DNA from: a virus | Lineage: Duplodnaviria > Caudoviricetes | DNA length: 34,781 nucleotides | Virus record (IMG/VR): IMGVR_UViG_3300036821_000215 | Coordinates: 1 to 34,781 of that record | Strand: one strand, 5' to 3' | Part shown: positions 33,795-34,781 of the stretch, piece by piece | Layout of the letters: the number at the start of each line of letters is the position of its first letter | Numbering within the stretch: the stretch's first letter is position 1 | The notes under the pieces: model-generated | What the model was told of the DNA's origin: nothing | Databases searched by the model: none | What the model saw: the letters and a program-made list of their open reading frames with translations, nothing else | Program-made: the position numbers and the translations under genes

Positions 33795-34781
33795 ATGTCA
33801 ATTAAGAAGCTCGATGATGGTCGATATGAAGTGGACGTAAGGCCGCAGGGTTCCGAGGGAAGACGAATCCGGCGTAAATTTAATACGAAAGGTGAGGCTC
33901 AGATTTATGAGCGTCATGTGCTGGTTAACTACCATAATAAAGAGTGGTTAGAGAAACCGGCAGACCGCCGCAAACTGACTGACTTGCTGGAATTGTGGTG
34001 GCTATACCACGGTAAGCACCATAACCGTGGTCTGATAGAAAAAGGCAGGCTTTCAGCAATCATGATTAAGTTTGCTGAAATCGGGGTGACCAGAGCTGAC
34101 CAGATAACCAAGAAAGCTATAACGGATTATCGGGTCAAGATGATGAATGAAGGCTTGAAACCAGCCAGTGTGAACCGTCATCAGGCTATATTCAGCGGTA
34201 TGTTTACCAAGCTGATTGATGCCAATGAATATCACAGCGAGCATCCTTTCAGAGGCGTGAAAAAGCTTAAAGAGGCTGAGCCAGAAATGGCGTTTCTTTC
34301 CACGGAAGAAATCACGCAGTTGCTCGATATGCTGGAGGGAGATAACCGCAACGCTGTGTTGCTTTGTCTGGCCACCGGTGGCCGCTGGAGTGAAGTTGCA
34401 GATCTTAAAGCTGAGCACATTATTAACTGCATGCTGACATTCATGAAAACGAAGAATGGTAGACGCAGAACAATACCGCTGTCAGAGGGCTTGGTTAAAA
34501 TGGTGAAAAAACGTAGTACCGGAAAACTGTTTACGCCCAATTACGACACGGTGCGAAACACACTGCGAACAATGAAGCCAGACCTACCCGCCGGACAGGC
34601 TGTCCATGTACTGCGGCACACATTCGCCACGCATTTTATGATGAATGGAGGTAATATTATTACACTACAGCGAATTTTAGGGCATTCCACCGTACAACAG
34701 ACAATGGTTTATGCGCACTTTGCACCGGACTTTTTGCAGGATGCAGTCTCATTAAACCCACTTAACGGAGTGTCCATATAA
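33795..34781 (+). CDS. int: Tyrosine integrase
   Basis: MSIKKLDDGRYEVDVRP; catalytic motifs TGGRWSE, KTK, HVLRHTFA, LGH, VYAH. Confidence 0.97.
   Translation: MSIKKLDDGRYEVDVRPQGSEGRRIRRKFNTKGEAQIYERHVLVNYHNKEWLEKPADRRKLTDLLELWWLYHGKHHNRGLIEKGRLSAIMIKFAEIGVTRADQITKKAITDYRVKMMNEGLKPASVNRHQAIFSGMFTKLIDANEYHSEHPFRGVKKLKEAEPEMAFLSTEEITQLLDMLEGDNRNAVLLCLATGGRWSEVADLKAEHIINCMLTFMKTKNGRRRTIPLSEGLVKMVKKRSTGKLFTPNYDTVRNTLRTMKPDLPAGQAVHVLRHTFATHFMMNGGNIITLQRILGHSTVQQTMVYAHFAPDFLQDAVSLNPLNGVSI

Larger units (their letters stand above)
1077..34781. mobile_element. P2-like (Peduoviridae) prophage, apparently intact; att core sites not identified and left boundary uncertain
   Basis: Complete P2 gene order ogr-D-U-T-E'/E-FII-FI-G-H-I-J-W-V-S-R-lysis-X-L-M-N-O / P-Q-cos-A-B-cox / C-int, with no visibly broken core ORF. 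Confidence 0.97.

Noticed and set aside
1-34781. CRISPR arrays, tRNA/rRNA genes, IS elements, diversity-generating retroelement
   Set aside because: No repeat-spacer array, cloverleaf, transposase or reverse transcriptase recognised by eye

Overview
The window is a near-complete P2-like (Peduoviridae) prophage from an Enterobacterales host. It reads ogr, tail, lysis and head genes (mostly minus strand), then P-Q, cos, A and the early genes, then cox, C and int. Cis elements can be read directly: a 186-type 19-nt cos, the P2 ori inside gene A, four late promoters with matching architecture, the Pe promoter, the E/E' frameshift and several terminators. Five AT-rich accessory loci stand out. (1) A membrane-anchored pentapeptide-repeat gene lies beyond ogr. 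(2) A Zn-ribbon/DUF4145 (HEPN-like) moron lies between S and V. (3) A stand-alone OLD-family ATPase-TOPRIM nuclease lies between portal and cos. (4) A ShosTA-like (HAD-PRTase + DprA) anti-phage operon lies between cos and A, and its toxin carries two extra topoisomerase-type Zn ribbons. (5) A TGT/DpdA-like base-exchange enzyme is translationally coupled to gene A in the slot where relatives carry a DNA methylase; this is the most novel candidate. All family calls rest on motif recognition and synteny; no database searches were run.
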